Positions 36,566 to 44,959 of a DNA stretch of 64,000 bases are shown in pieces. Within the stretch, counting starts at the first letter, position 1, and the number at the start of each line of letters is the position of its first letter. This DNA comes from Ignavibacteriota bacterium. Its GTDB lineage: Bacteria > Bacteroidota > Ignavibacteria > UBA10030 > UBA6906. The stretch spans positions 2,208,001-2,272,000 of the forward strand of contig CAWDEM010000008.1 in the NCBI GenBank assembly GCA_963801355.1. Reading direction: 5' to 3'. The position numbers and the translations under genes are program-made. The notes under the pieces were generated by a model. The model saw only the letters and a list, made by a program, of their open reading frames with translations, was not told where the DNA came from and made no database searches.

Positions 36566-38353
36566 TTAGTGCCAGATCTTCCCCCACAGCGAGTCAACCC
36601 GGTGCAAAACTTCTTCGGTCATCTCCAGCCGTTTGGGGTATCCCGGTTTCCAGGTCGCGTCGATCCCCAGTACTCCCCTATAGACGGGCGAGATGCCCAA
36701 CAATTCCTGGTGTGTGAAGAGTACGTCACGTTCAGCGTCAAAACGGGTAAACAACCCCCAGAGAGAGTTTTCCCGGTCGTAGATGTCCACGTCCTCGCTG
36801 ACTGCGGCCACGATGGCGATGTGGGCGAGCGCCGGATGGGCAACGAGCACACGGACAACATCCCTCCCCTGCCCGCGCACCTTCACCAGCAACAGCGCCT
36901 CATCAACGAGGTTGACATCGGCGATCGCCGGGTGTGCGGCCCGTGCCGCATCAACTGCCGGAGGGCCGGAGAGTGGTTTCCACCGGGCCATCGGCGGGCG
37001 CGGCGACAGCTTCCGTGTGGCATCGAGAATCATCTTGCTCCCGAGATTCATCGTTGCGCTGGTGAAGTCAAGGGTATCGAGCGGCACACGGGGTATCATC
37101 AGAAAATCGAAATGCGGATCGAAATGATCGCGCACTTCCTTCAGCACTTCGCTGAAATCGCGGACGTTCACCCCTGCACTTACCAGCACCATGCACTTTG
37201 TCAGGGAAAGCTGTGCCATTCCCAGAAGCCCGAGTGCGGTCTTCATGGCTTCCTTGCCGTACCGTTGATCCACGGACACGACGAGAAGATTGTGGAATCC
37301 CGCCTCGTAATACGCCCAGAGGGAGGAGAGCTCCGCATGCAGCACCCGGGCAAGCGGACCGAGTATCAACTGGGTGGCGTCCCCGAGAAACTTGTCCTCC
37401 ATCGGCGGAATGCCCACCACCGTCGCCGGATAGACGGGATTCCGTTTCCGGGTGACCGCTGATACATGAAAGACCGGGAATTCGGCAGCATGGGAGTAAT
37501 GCCCGAAGTGGTCACCAAACGGGCCCTCCATGCGCCGTTCTCCCGGGCGGACCACGCCCTCGAGTATGAATTCGGCATGTGCGGGAACATCGATGCTGAT
37601 CGAGCGCCCCCGTGTGAATTCCGTCCGTCGCCCGCGCAGGAATCCGGCAAACATCGCCTCGTCGATATTCTCCGGCAGGGGCGCCACAGTGGCCAGCAAA
37701 AACGCAGGATCGGTACCCAGGGCCACAGCCAGCTCCAGCGGTTTTCCCATCTTTTCCGCCTGTACAAAATGGAACCCGCCGCCCTTCTGAATCTGCCAGT
37801 GCATGCCGGTGGTTGCCTTATCAAAGACGTGCATGCGGTACATACCAACGTTGCGTTTGCCCGTCCGCGGATCATAGGTGACAACCTGCGGCAATGTCAC
37901 GAACCGCCCGCCGTCTTCGGGCCAGCAGGTCAGCACGGGTAGCAGGTCAAGATCGGGTGATTCAACCACCTGCTGGGCAAGCCCGGCCCGGATGCGCCGG
38001 ACCGGCGCGGCGAGGAACCGCCGCGCAAAGCGCCGGTGCGCCACAAGCGTCCCGGGTTTCGGGGGAAGCATCTCCTCAATGAAACGGATCAACTCCAGTC
38101 CGAGCTGTTCGGGATGCTTCTGCAAAGCAAGTTCGCACCGATGTTCGCTTGCGAGCGTGTTAATAAGGACGGGATAGGGCGAACCTTTCACCCGCTCGAA
38201 CAGCAACGCGGGCCTGCGTTCTTTGATCGCACGCTGCGCGATCGCCGTCATCTCAAGGACCGGATCGACTTCGAACGCCACGCGTTGCAGTTCGCCTACA
38301 CTCTCCAGGTACCCGGCAAAATCCCCTATGGTTTCGAATGCCGCGGGTTTCAC
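36566..38353 (-). CDS. ubiD: UbiD-family (menaquinone pathway) decarboxylase
   Basis: WPEDGG.F, NVGMYR, EGPFGDH, PPMED, GIDAT; long form with extra C-terminal domain. Confidence 0.9.
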   Translation of the reverse strand: MKPAAFETIGDFAGYLESVGELQRVAFEVDPVLEMTAIAQRAIKERRPALLFERVKGSPYPVLINTLASEHRCELALQKHPEQLGLELIRFIEEMLPPKPGTLVAHRRFARRFLAAPVRRIRAGLAQQVVESPDLDLLPVLTCWPEDGGRFVTLPQVVTYDPRTGKRNVGMYRMHVFDKATTGMHWQIQKGGGFHFVQAEKMGKPLELAVALGTDPAFLLATVAPLPENIDEAMFAGFLRGRRTEFTRGRSISIDVPAHAEFILEGVVRPGERRMEGPFGDHFGHYSHAAEFPVFHVSAVTRKRNPVYPATVVGIPPMEDKFLGDATQLILGPLARVLHAELSSLWAYYEAGFHNLLVVSVDQRYGKEAMKTALGLLGMAQLSLTKCMVLVSAGVNVRDFSEVLKEVRDHFDPHFDFLMIPRVPLDTLDFTSATMNLGSKMILDATRKLSPRPPMARWKPLSGPPAVDAARAAHPAIADVNLVDEALLLVKVRGQGRDVVRVLVAHPALAHIAIVAAVSEDVDIYDRENSLWGLFTRFDAERDVLFTHQELLGISPVYRGVLGIDATWKPGYPKRLEMTEEVLHRVDSLWGKIWH

Positions 38354-38901
38354 TCAAACTCCTTCGCACGCCAGCCGGGGGATGTGTGCACACCAATCTG
38401 ATCGAGCACTTTGTTCGTGAACGCGCCGACATAGTCGTCCACGGATTTCGGGAGGTGATACATCGGGGGAGAAATCGGCATGATGACCGCACCATAGCCG
38501 GAAAGCCGCGCACACTGCTCCAGTGCAAGCGTCGACATCGGCGTCTCGCGGACGCAGACGACGAGTGTGATCCTTTCTTTCAGACACACCTGCGCGGTGC
38601 GTGTGATCAGTGTATCGCCCAAGCCGGAAGCGATTTTTCCGATCGTCGATGTGGACGCGGGAATGATCACGAATGCATCAAACGGATTCGACCCGGAAGC
38701 GGGAGGGGCGGTCAGGTCATCATCGGCGAAGGAACGGCGGATGTAGGGCGCCAGATCTTTCTCCCCCATCTGCAGTTCATCGCGCAACAGGACTTTCCCC
38801 CATTTCGACACGATGAGGAATTTGTCACCGGTGCACTTCCTGAGAAAATCCAGTGCGTACACCGCACCGGAGGAGCCTGTGATCCCGACGATGCATTTCA
38901 T
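38350..38901 (-). CDS. ubiX: Flavin prenyltransferase UbiX
   Basis: VGITGSSG, ASGS, RETP, P.SPPMY. Confidence 0.93.
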   Translation of the reverse strand: MKCIVGITGSSGAVYALDFLRKCTGDKFLIVSKWGKVLLRDELQMGEKDLAPYIRRSFADDDLTAPPASGSNPFDAFVIIPASTSTIGKIASGLGDTLITRTAQVCLKERITLVVCVRETPMSTLALEQCARLSGYGAVIMPISPPMYHLPKSVDDYVGAFTNKVLDQIGVHTSPGWRAKEFE

Positions 38902-39743
38902 AGCCAGACCCCCACACCAACCATTGCCAGCACGGAAAGACCCGCCACCGCATTGATCTTGAAGAACGCCAGCTCCACATCGTCCGCTTTCTTCTGTTCG
39001 ATGTACAGCAGGAAGCCCGTCAGGAGCAGGAGCGGAAGCGCCAGCAGGGAAAGCACCGACTGGAAGAAGAGCATCACGAGAACAACAAATGCCGCGAGGT
39101 GCAGGTACGCGGAATACCGGAGTGCCCGCTTCCGGCCGAAGCGCGAGGGGAAGGAATAGAGCGACTCCTTGCGGTCGAACTCTTCGTCGAGGGTGGAATA
39201 GATGATGTCGAAACCCGCCACCCAGAGGAGCGTGAATAACGAGAGGAGCGCGGGAGCAAGCAGTCGGTCGAACGACGGCGACAACGCGAACCAGCCGCCC
39301 AGGGGCCCCATCGCCAGACCCATCCCGACGCCGAAGTGGGCGAGCGGTGTGTAGCGCTTCATTGTGGGATAGACGACGAAGACAGCGAGCGGAATCGGGG
39401 ACATCATCAGGCAGAACGGATCGATGAGGTAGGCGGCACCGAAATAGAGGGTGGCTCCTGCCGCCAGCACGCCGACGGCTTCCTGCAGCATCATCCGGCC
39501 GCTCGGGAGGTCGCGTGCAGCTGTCCGCGGGTTGCGCGCATCGATGTGCCGGTCAATGATCCGGTTCAAAGCAAACGCCACCGTACGTGCGCCGGTTGCC
39601 GCGGCGAGCACCAGCACGACGATCCCGATGCCGGGGATCTCTCCGGACGACGCGAGAAGCATGCCGGAGAATATCAACGGAAGAGAAAAAAGGGTGTGTT
39701 CAATCTTGACAAACGAGAAGTACTTACGCACGACTACTCCCAC
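38898..39743 (-). CDS. ubiA: UbiA-like polyprenyltransferase (MqnP type)
   Basis: [34 protein letters not shown]. Confidence 0.92.
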   Translation of the reverse strand: MGVVVRKYFSFVKIEHTLFSLPLIFSGMLLASSGEIPGIGIVVLVLAAATGARTVAFALNRIIDRHIDARNPRTAARDLPSGRMMLQEAVGVLAAGATLYFGAAYLIDPFCLMMSPIPLAVFVVYPTMKRYTPLAHFGVGMGLAMGPLGGWFALSPSFDRLLAPALLSLFTLLWVAGFDIIYSTLDEEFDRKESLYSFPSRFGRKRALRYSAYLHLAAFVVLVMLFFQSVLSLLALPLLLLTGFLLYIEQKKADDVELAFFKINAVAGLSVLAMVGVGVWL

Positions 39744-41287
39744 TCGATCGTCGCTGGTGGTTTGGAGCTGATGTCGTAGACAACCCGGTTGATGCCCCGC
39801 ACCTCATTCGTGATGCGCGAAGAAATCGCCGCAAGAACATCGTGCGGGAGGCGCGACCAATCCGCCGTCATGCCATCCACGCTGCTCACCGCACGGATGG
39901 CGACGGCGTTCTCGTACGTGCGACCGTCACCCATGACGCCCACGGATTTCACCGGGAGGAGAACCACGAATCCCTGCCAGATAGTCCGGTACAGGCCCGC
40001 CTTCTTGACTTCCTCGATGAAAATGGCCTCCGCTGCGCGCAGGAGCTCGAGCCGTTCACGCGTGACGCTCCCCAGAATGCGTACCGCAAGTCCCGGCCCG
40101 GGGAAGGGATGCCGCCAGATCAATTCCTCCGGCAAACCCAATGCCGTGCCGACCTCCCGCACTTCGTCTTTGAACAGTTCGCGGAAGGGCTCGACCAGCT
40201 TCATCCGCATCCGCCTGGGAAGCCCGCCGACATTGTGATGCGACTTGATCGTGACGGATGGTCCGCGGAAGGACGTGGATTCAATCACATCGGGATACAG
40301 GGTTCCCTGCGCGAGAAACTGCACGTTGCCGATGCTCCGCGCCTTCTGCTCGAAGACGTCGATGAAGAGTTTGCCGATGATCTTGCGCTTCCGTTCGGGA
40401 CTCGTCACACCGCGGAGGCCCGTAAGAAAGCGCTTCGTGGCATCAACGTAGTCAAGACGCATCCGGAACGTGTCGCGAAATGTCGCAACCACCGCTTCCG
40501 ATTCCCCCTGCCGCATCAACCCGTTGTTGATGTGGATGCAGAAGAGCTGGTCACCAACCGCTTTGTGCAACAGCACCGCTGCAACGGAAGAATCCACTCC
40601 ACCGCTCAAGGCACAGATGACTTTCCCTTTCCCGACCGTCGCACGGATATCCTCAATCGCAGAGTTGATGAACGAAGCGGAGCTCCAACCGCCGCGACAA
40701 CCGCAAATGCGATAGAGGAAGTTCTTCAGCACATCCCTGCCCCCCGGCGTATGGACAACTTCGGGGTGAAACTGGACGCCATAAATCTTCTTTGCAGCAT
40801 TCCTGATTGCGCAGATCGGCGCGTTGACGGTGTGCCCGATAGCTTCGAACCCCGCGGGCATGGATATCAGATGGTCCCCGTGACTCATCCATACCGGCAT
40901 GCCCCGGCGGTCCTCCTGAGAGAACCCCGAGAAGAGATCGGAAGAATCGTCGATTACGAACCTCGCCTGGCCGTATTCACGCCGCGCGGCCTTGTCCACC
41001 GCACCACCCAGCTGACGGCCCATGAGCTGCAGGCCGTAACAGATACCGAGAATCGGTATCCCCATCTCGAAAAGCCCGGGCGAAGATATCGGGGCACCCT
41101 TTTCATAGGTGCTATGCGGGCTTCCGGAAAGAATGATGCCTTTGGGCCGAAGCTGCTTGATCCTTTCCGGTGGTGTATTGAAAGGGTGCAGTTCGGAGTA
41201 GACGCCGAGCTCCCTGACGCGACGGGCGATCAATTGCGAATACTGGGAGCCGTAATCAAGGATGAGTACAAGCTCTGGGTGGGTCAT
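39734..41287 (-). CDS. guaA: GMP synthase
   Basis: [42 protein letters not shown]. Confidence 0.98.
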   Translation of the reverse strand: MTHPELVLILDYGSQYSQLIARRVRELGVYSELHPFNTPPERIKQLRPKGIILSGSPHSTYEKGAPISSPGLFEMGIPILGICYGLQLMGRQLGGAVDKAARREYGQARFVIDDSSDLFSGFSQEDRRGMPVWMSHGDHLISMPAGFEAIGHTVNAPICAIRNAAKKIYGVQFHPEVVHTPGGRDVLKNFLYRICGCRGGWSSASFINSAIEDIRATVGKGKVICALSGGVDSSVAAVLLHKAVGDQLFCIHINNGLMRQGESEAVVATFRDTFRMRLDYVDATKRFLTGLRGVTSPERKRKIIGKLFIDVFEQKARSIGNVQFLAQGTLYPDVIESTSFRGPSVTIKSHHNVGGLPRRMRMKLVEPFRELFKDEVREVGTALGLPEELIWRHPFPGPGLAVRILGSVTRERLELLRAAEAIFIEEVKKAGLYRTIWQGFVVLLPVKSVGVMGDGRTYENAVAIRAVSSVDGMTADWSRLPHDVLAAISSRITNEVRGINRVVYDISSKPPATIEWE

Positions 41288-41292
41288 GCAAA

Positions 41293-41321
41293 AATATAAC
41301 GATTTTGGCAGTGGAGAACAA
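41293..41321 (-). promoter_or_regulatory. guaA-mqn promoter (leaderless geometry)
   Basis: TTGTTC-17-TATATT-5 nt-ATG. Confidence 0.6.
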
Positions 41322-41333
41322 CGTGCGGAATAT

Positions 41334-41367
41334 GGGGTCAGACCCCCGACAGTAGGAGTCTGACCCC
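41334..41367. repeat. REP-like inverted repeat GGGGTCAGAC...GTCTGACCCC
   Basis: Perfect 10-bp arms; the same GGGGTCAGA core also occurs at 33496-33504. Confidence 0.55.
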
Positions 41368-41393
41368 TTTCCTTCTACTTCTCCTCTTTCCTT

Positions 41394-42740
41394 CTACTTC
41401 TTCCGCCGGCGGCGTGCAAGATGCCTGGCCATGAAGCCGTCAAGAATCTGGGCCAGATCCGGCTTCGTGGTTTCCTGAAGTGCATACGTCACCCGGACGG
41501 AGGGCTTCCGGATCGCAATGACCCGGCGCAGATCAATCGGGGTCCCGATGATTACTGCATCACACGGAACTTGCTCGATGGTGGCCTCAAGATCGTTCAT
41601 CTGCTCCTTGCCGTACCCCATGGCGGGCAACAGCGCTCCCGTCGACGGGTACTTCTTGAAAGTGTCGGCAATGGAACGAACGGCGTACGGCCGGGGATCA
41701 ATGATCTCGGATGCCCCGAACTGTCGCGCGGCAAGCACTCCCGCGCCGTATTTCATGTCTCCGTGGGTCAGCGTCGGACCGTCTTCAATGACAAGCACGC
41801 GTTTTCCCGTAATGACCGAAGGGTCATCTACGGTGATCGGCGAGGCGGCACGGACAATTGTGGCCGACGGATTCATCGCAGATGCATGCGCGACGACCGT
41901 CTCAATTCCTTCTTTGGTGGCTGAATCCACCTTGTTCACCACGATGACATCGGCCAGCCGTACGTTGGTCGCGCCGGGATAGTAGCTGATTTCGTGCCCC
42001 GGACGGTGGGGGTCCACTACCGTAATCGTCAGGTCCGGTTTGTAGAACGAGGTATCGTTGTTGCCGCCGTCCCACACGATGACATCCGCCTCTTTTTCTG
42101 CCTGCCGCAGAATCGCTTCATAATCCACACCCGCGTAAATGATTGTCCCTTCGACAATGTGCGGCTCGTATTCTTCCATCTCCTCCACCGTGCACTGGTG
42201 GGTACGCAGGTCCTCGATGGAGGCATACCGTTGGACTTTTTGTTTCACGAGATCCCCGTAGGGCATGGGATGACGCACGGCAACAACGCACTTGCCCTTG
42301 CTCCGCAGGTGGCTGCAGACACGGCGTGATGTTTGACTCTTGCCCGAACCTGTGCGGACGGCCACCACGGCGATCACCGGCACGCGGGACGGAATCATCG
42401 TCCGGTCCGCACCCAGGAGCGTGAAGTCGGCGCCACAGGCATTCACCAGCGTCGCCTTCCCCATGACATACTGGAAGGAGACATCCGAATACGAGAACAC
42501 CACCTGCTCGACTTTCCACTTTTTGATCAGCGCCGGGAGGTCGGACTCCGGGTGGATGGGGATTCCCCTGGGATAGAGAGGGCCGGCCAGCTTGGCCGGG
42601 TACTTCCGGCCGGCGATATTTGGAATCTGGGTTGCAGTGAAGGCGACGACGTCAACACTCCGGTTCTTGCGATACAGCGTATTGAAGTTGTGAAAATCCC
42701 GCCCCGCTGCGCCCATGATGAGAATACGTGTTCTTGGCAT
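41394..42740 (-). CDS. arcE: Arginine synthetase ArcE-like protein (family often annotated GTPase / cyclic 2,3-diphosphoglycerate synthetase-like)
   Basis: MGAAGRDFHNFN, AVRTGSGKSQ, RHPMPYG, EEYEPH, WDGGNND, EDGPTLTHG; clustered with carbamate kinase and OTCase. Confidence 0.75.
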   Translation of the reverse strand: MPRTRILIMGAAGRDFHNFNTLYRKNRSVDVVAFTATQIPNIAGRKYPAKLAGPLYPRGIPIHPESDLPALIKKWKVEQVVFSYSDVSFQYVMGKATLVNACGADFTLLGADRTMIPSRVPVIAVVAVRTGSGKSQTSRRVCSHLRSKGKCVVAVRHPMPYGDLVKQKVQRYASIEDLRTHQCTVEEMEEYEPHIVEGTIIYAGVDYEAILRQAEKEADVIVWDGGNNDTSFYKPDLTITVVDPHRPGHEISYYPGATNVRLADVIVVNKVDSATKEGIETVVAHASAMNPSATIVRAASPITVDDPSVITGKRVLVIEDGPTLTHGDMKYGAGVLAARQFGASEIIDPRPYAVRSIADTFKKYPSTGALLPAMGYGKEQMNDLEATIEQVPCDAVIIGTPIDLRRVIAIRKPSVRVTYALQETTKPDLAQILDGFMARHLARRRRKK

Positions 42741-42801
42741 GTGGAGACTCCGCTTGGAATAGTGCTTCGAGTTACGATGTTCGGTTATAACGGCCCGGGA
42801 A

Positions 42802-43755
42802 TCAGGTCAGCACGTCCCCCCGCACAATGTGCGTACCACCGTGACCATGGATCGCGTCAATAAGATGTTCGTGATTGGTGATGATTGCCTCGCTGCCCCC
42901 CCGTTCGACAAAGACCATCGCCGCATGGATTTTCGGACCCATGCTTCCCGGAGGGAACTGTCCCGCGTTCATATGCGTCGCGCATTCCGCGAGCGTGAGA
43001 CGGTCGACCGCACGCTGGGAAGGTTTCTTGAAATCCAGACAGACCCTTTCCACTTCCGTCGCGATCGCCAGAACATCGGCTCCCAGTTGCCACGCCAGGA
43101 TGGCCGACGTATGATCTTTGTCGATCACCGCCTCAACTCCTTTTGAAAGATCATGATCGTTAAACACCGGGATGCCGCCACCGCCGCCGGCGATAACAAC
43201 GAATCCGCGGTCCACACACGCCCGGATGGCGTCCAGCTCAATAATCTCCTTCGGCTCCGGGGAAGACACGACCCGGCGATAGCCCCGTGATGAATCTTCG
43301 ACGATCGCCCAGTCGAACAGGTCGCGGTACCGTTCCGCCACCTCTTTTGTATAGAATGGCCCGATGGGTTTTGTGGGGCTCGTGAATGCGCGGTCCTTGC
43401 TGTCGACCAGCACCTGGGTCACCAGCGACACGACGGGCACACGGAGTCCCTCCTGCTGCATGGCCTGCCACATAGCATACTGCAGCACATAGCCGATTTC
43501 TCCCTGTGTCGCCGCGACACAGCAATCCAGAGGAAGCCGGTAGGCATGGGCTGCGGCATATTCGGTACGCGTGAGCATGGCGCCCACCTGCGGGCCGTTG
43601 CCGTGCGTCAGCACAACGCGGTGCCCGGCCTTGATCAGGTGCACGATCGCGACCGCAGTGCACACCGCGTTCTCGAACTGCTCCTGCGCGGTCCCTTTCT
43701 GGCCGGGACGGATCAATGCATTGCCGCCGACCGCCACAAGGATGAGCTTGGACAT
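42802..43755 (-). CDS. arcC: Carbamate kinase
   Basis: GGNAL, THGNGPQVG, PTKPIG, GGGGIPV, EAVIDKD, GSMGPK. Confidence 0.96.
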   Translation of the reverse strand: MSKLILVAVGGNALIRPGQKGTAQEQFENAVCTAVAIVHLIKAGHRVVLTHGNGPQVGAMLTRTEYAAAHAYRLPLDCCVAATQGEIGYVLQYAMWQAMQQEGLRVPVVSLVTQVLVDSKDRAFTSPTKPIGPFYTKEVAERYRDLFDWAIVEDSSRGYRRVVSSPEPKEIIELDAIRACVDRGFVVIAGGGGGIPVFNDHDLSKGVEAVIDKDHTSAILAWQLGADVLAIATEVERVCLDFKKPSQRAVDRLTLAECATHMNAGQFPPGSMGPKIHAAMVFVERGGSEAIITNHEHLIDAIHGHGGTHIVRGDVLT

Positions 43756-43756
43756 T

Positions 43757-44713
43757 CTAGTTCCGCAGCAACTCGAACATGATTGCCTTCTGCACGTGCA
43801 ATCTGTTCTCCGCCTCCTGGAACACCACGGAATTCGGCGAATCGATCACCTCGTCGGTGACTTCCTCACCGCGATGTGCCGGAAGGCAGTGCATGAACAA
43901 CGCATCCGGTTTCGCGTGTGAAAAGAGATCCCGGTTGACCTGATAGGCTGCAAAGATGCTGCGCCGTTCTTCCACCTCGGCTTCCTGCCCCATACTCGTC
44001 CACGTATCGGTATAGATCATGTCGGCATCCCGCGCCGCTTCAATCGGGTCGGCGGTCCACGTAACGGTGGCCCCCGTCTCCGCCGCAATCACCAGGGTGC
44101 GTTCCAGGACTTTCGGATCCGGCCTGTGGGACTCCGGCGTGCCGATGAACAGCGTGGTGCCCAGTTTGGCCCCCAGGAGCATAAGGGAATGTGCAACGTT
44201 GTTCCCGTCACCGATGTAGCTCAGCTTCAGGTTCTTGAGGTTCTTGTGATACTCCGTCACCGTGAAGAAATCGGCCATGGCCTGGCAGGGATGCTCCAGA
44301 TCGGTGAGTCCGTTGATCACCGGAATGCCGGCGTGAGCCGCAAGCGACACGCAGATGTCATGTCCGAACGTCCGGATCATGATGCCGTCAACCATGCGTT
44401 CCAGATTTTTGGCCACATCAAAGACGGACTCCCGTTTCCCCAGATTGATGTCGGCCGGTGTGAGCAGGAGGGAATCACCCCCCAGCTGCTTGATGCCGAC
44501 GGTGAATGTCGTCCGTGTCCGCAACGAGGGTTTCTCGAAAATCAGCGCCATCATCTTTCCGTCCAGCGCCTTGCGGTAACGTCTGGGATGCGCTTTCATA
44601 TCGGCTGTGAGCCGGAACAGCGCCTTGATCTCAGGGATCGAGAGATCGTCAATGGACAGAAAGTCCCTTCCCTGGAGTTTCTTCTTGAGCATTTTCCTGA
44701 CGTTCTTTTTCAC
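43757..44713 (-). CDS. argF: Ornithine carbamoyltransferase
   Basis: FEKPSLRTR, HPCQ, GDGNNV, SMGQE, HCLPAHRG. Confidence 0.95.
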   Translation of the reverse strand: MKKNVRKMLKKKLQGRDFLSIDDLSIPEIKALFRLTADMKAHPRRYRKALDGKMMALIFEKPSLRTRTTFTVGIKQLGGDSLLLTPADINLGKRESVFDVAKNLERMVDGIMIRTFGHDICVSLAAHAGIPVINGLTDLEHPCQAMADFFTVTEYHKNLKNLKLSYIGDGNNVAHSLMLLGAKLGTTLFIGTPESHRPDPKVLERTLVIAAETGATVTWTADPIEAARDADMIYTDTWTSMGQEAEVEERRSIFAAYQVNRDLFSHAKPDALFMHCLPAHRGEEVTDEVIDSPNSVVFQEAENRLHVQKAIMFELLRN

Positions 44714-44853
44714 GGATGTTCTCCTGGATGTGAAAAGTATTCCTTAAAGCTCAAATAGTGTGCCCAATGTCCATGGGGGTTTAAATTTCAGATTCGCGGA
44801 TTTCACATATGCCCATCCTGTGCTTTCCCAACTCTGGGAATGGGCTCCATTGA

Positions 44854-44927
44854 AATATACAGAAATCATTCTCCGGAAGGAACCCTATCACGCCTCGCTT
44901 GGAAAAAAGTGGCCATCTGCGTATCTT
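44854..44927. promoter_or_regulatory. Divergent promoters for argF-arcC-arcE (minus) and gcvP (plus)
   Basis: Minus TTCCTT-17-TATATT (44854-44882); plus TTGGAA-17-TATCTT (44899-44927). Confidence 0.5.
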
Positions 44928-44959
44928 TCTGACCCCAACCATGAAGAGCGAAGAACACC

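Noticed and set aside
35074-36717. 547-aa plus-strand ORF
   Set aside because: Antisense shadow of mqnEA caused by high-GC codon bias; no recognisable motifs
39842-41299. 485-aa plus-strand ORF
   Set aside because: Antisense shadow of guaA
41394-42740. Literal cyclic 2,3-diphosphoglycerate synthetase or GTPase
   Set aside because: No 2-phosphoglycerate kinase nearby; the context with OTCase and carbamate kinase favours arginine synthetase
44760-44959. Glycine riboswitch upstream of gcvP
   Set aside because: No GGAGA...CCGAAG...CTCTCAGG core, and the predicted gcvP leader is only about 25 nt
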